DNA of 63,920 nt, counting the filler, from Pelomyxa schiedti (Eukaryota; Protista; Evosea): assembly GCA_020536535.1 (NCBI GenBank). It is 7 parts of 7 records of this genome, joined end to end, with 100 filler letters (N's around TTAATTAATTAA, not from the genome) between each part and the next. Parts side by side here need not be neighbours in the genome. Positions count along the whole stretch, not along the records: positions 61,709 to 63,920 come from JAHLWZ010002073.1; 6 more parts are not named here. One strand, given 5' to 3'. The notes under the pieces are model-generated. The model was not told the origin of the DNA and ran no database searches. It saw only the letters and a program-made list of their open reading frames with translations. The first letter of the stretch is position 1. Each line of letters starts with the position of its first letter. This document shows positions 61,709 to 63,920 of this stretch, piece by piece. The position numbers and the translations under genes are program-made.

Positions 61709-63920
61709 AGGACAAGGACAAGGGCACGGAGGACGACGACGAGGACGAGGATAATGAGGGAGAGGAAGCACATGACAACGAAAAAGATGACGACGATGAT
61801 GATGAAGAGGGTGAGGAAGAAGAGGAAGCCGACGAGGGAGAGGACGGTGGTGACAATGTGGATGAGGATGAAAATGAGGACGATGAAGACGATGATAATG
61901 AGCCTGGTGATGATGATGATGATGAGGAGGAGGAGGAGAAAGAAGATAGTGATAATGAGAATGAGGAAAAGCCACTGACAGCCAGCACAGCGGGTGAATA
62001 TAAGTTCGCTAGTAGTAGTGACACTGCATCGAGTGCAAGTGGGTCTGTGCAACCAATTGAGACTATTAAAGAGGTGTACGTGGAGGGCGTTTTGCAGGAA
62101 AACACTGGAAAGGAATATACCTTCAAGGACTTGGGTCTTTGCCCAGGTTAACCATTGCAATCGCTCGCTATTAAATGACATTACTATAGAGCTATGCCTT
62201 GCATGCACGAAAATGGGTTGGGTTCACCCTACAGAAATTCAACGCGAGACAATCCCCCTTGCCCTCAGGGGAAAGGATATTATCGGATTGGCAGAGACTG
62301 GTTCCGGAAAAACTGCTGCATATGCACGTAAGCTTTTTGCATCTTTGCAAAGTGTTTCTAAATTGCTTGTGCTTAGTTCCGACACTCCACGCTCTCTTGG
62401 ACAAACCAATTGTCATCTTCGCCTTGATTCTTCTTCCTACCCGAGAGCTTGCGTATCAAGTCACTGATCAATATGAAAAACTAGGCCAAGGCATTGGCGT
62501 TAGGGTATGTGCCCTTGTTGGTGGTCTTGCACCGGCTATACAAGCCGCTGCTATTGCAAAGCGCCCGCATATTATTATTGCAACACCTGGGCGTTTGAAT
62601 CAACACCTGAGTGAAACCCGAGGTTTCTCATTAGAAACGGTCAAATTCCTAGTATTTGATGAAGCAGACAAACTACTTGGTAAGATCCCGAAGTTAGTCA
62701 TTCCACTTACAATCTTGTGAAGGAACTGACTGGGAAAATCAAGTGGATACAGCTCTACTTCAAGTACCTAAAACGAGGCAAACGCTCATGTTCTCTGCTA
62801 CAATGACGGCTAAGGTTTCCAAGTTGAAGAGGACATCTCTGAGTGACCCAGTTCAGGTCTGATACCCTATGTAGGTTTTGCGGCAATCTTACATAGGAAA
62901 TTTCTTCTAGATATCCATTGGAAGCAAATATGCCACTGCTAAGACACTTCACCAGTTCTACATTTTTGTGCCGTTTAAGCACCGCAACTGCTATGTGGCA
63001 TATCTCCTTATGGTACCATTGGTTGGGCATCAAGTACTTGTGTTTTGTGAGAGGGTTATTGACGTCCTGCGCCTGACTTTAATGCTAAGAAATTTGGGTA
63101 TTGTAGCAATCCCATTGCATGGTCAGGTACTTTTTTCTCCTTTGATAATGCCCTCTGACATTTTAATAGATGTCACAAGCACATCGTCTGGCAGCACTGA
63201 ATAAAATCAAAAACAAAGAGCGAGAGGTACTTGTTGCGACTGAAATTGCCGCTCGCGGTCTCGATCTCCCCGATATAAATTACGTCATAAATTACGATGT
63301 ACAACATTGCTTCTTGCATATTTCCTCCTAACAAAAATAAAGGTTCCGGAACTTCCAAAGAGTTATATCCACAGGTACTGTTTTTTCTAGAGTATTTCTC
63401 TATCTAATTACAATGCACAGAGTTGGGCGAACAGCCAGAGCCGGTGCTACCGGTAGCGCTATTACATTAGTGACTCAATACAGTGTTGAGAGATTCCAGA
63501 GAATCGAGCACGTAATGGAACAAAAACTTCCCGAATACCCACTTGACCACAGCGTGGTTTTACTTCTACTGGATAGAGCAAACCACGCCGAGACAGTTGC
63601 CAACACCCAATTGAAGGTTTGTTTTAATTCATTCCCGGCATTCAATAACTGATTCACCCGAAATAATAATAACAAGGTTCTGAACGAACGAGAATCCTTT
63701 GGGCAAGAATCCTGGAACGATGTCAACAACCTAGTCCACGAAGACGCCAATACAGCCCCGGAAGGTGACCTGCTGAGTGTGATTGGAGTATCACGAAGCA
63801 AGAGCAGCGGGGGTGATTCAGGAGTTGTTGGCTTGGGTGGGATGGTGGGCGAGGGTGATATCAACCCGCTGGGCGACGGCGACTACAGGCTACCAAAGAG
63901 CGTCCGCGACGGCGTCGTCA
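61709..63920 (+). CDS. DDX47: DEAD-box RNA helicase DDX47/RRP3 (partial at both ends) with long acidic N-terminus
   Basis: [90 protein letters not shown]. Confidence 0.92.

Overview
Eukaryotic, intron-rich protist DNA with short GT-AG introns of about 40-120 nt. The gene families and style resemble an amoebozoan such as Pelomyxa, but that is inference. The window is seven separate contigs joined by N-TTAATTAATTAA-N linkers, so synteny holds only within a contig. Contig 1 (1-20556) carries an apparently intact multi-exon gene for a bacterial Type I restriction HsdR-type motor lacking the nuclease domain. It is followed by about 15 kb dominated by broken genes: MORN-SAM with a caspase-like exon, a Crinkler-type NTPase-REase, a TRM6/TPT chimera and a TKL kinase. 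An ankyrin-like gene and a ceramide-synthase-like 5' end also lie here. Contig 2 (20657-41127) holds a twice-repeated four-gene module: ankyrin-like gene, F-box/pseudo-GTPase, F-box-like/Rab5-type GTPase and IBB-less importin-alpha. A secreted repeat protein separates the two copies. Contig 3 has a tandem duplication and a probable LTR-retroelement fragment. Contig 4 has a membrane protein, a HIT4 homologue, a bacterial-type GPI-anchored protein and tRNA-Gly(GCC). Contig 5 is a perfect 540-bp tandem array. Contig 6 has an aquaporin 3' end with an NPF motif. Contig 7 has DDX47/RRP3. All family calls come from motif recognition by eye, and exon boundaries are approximate.
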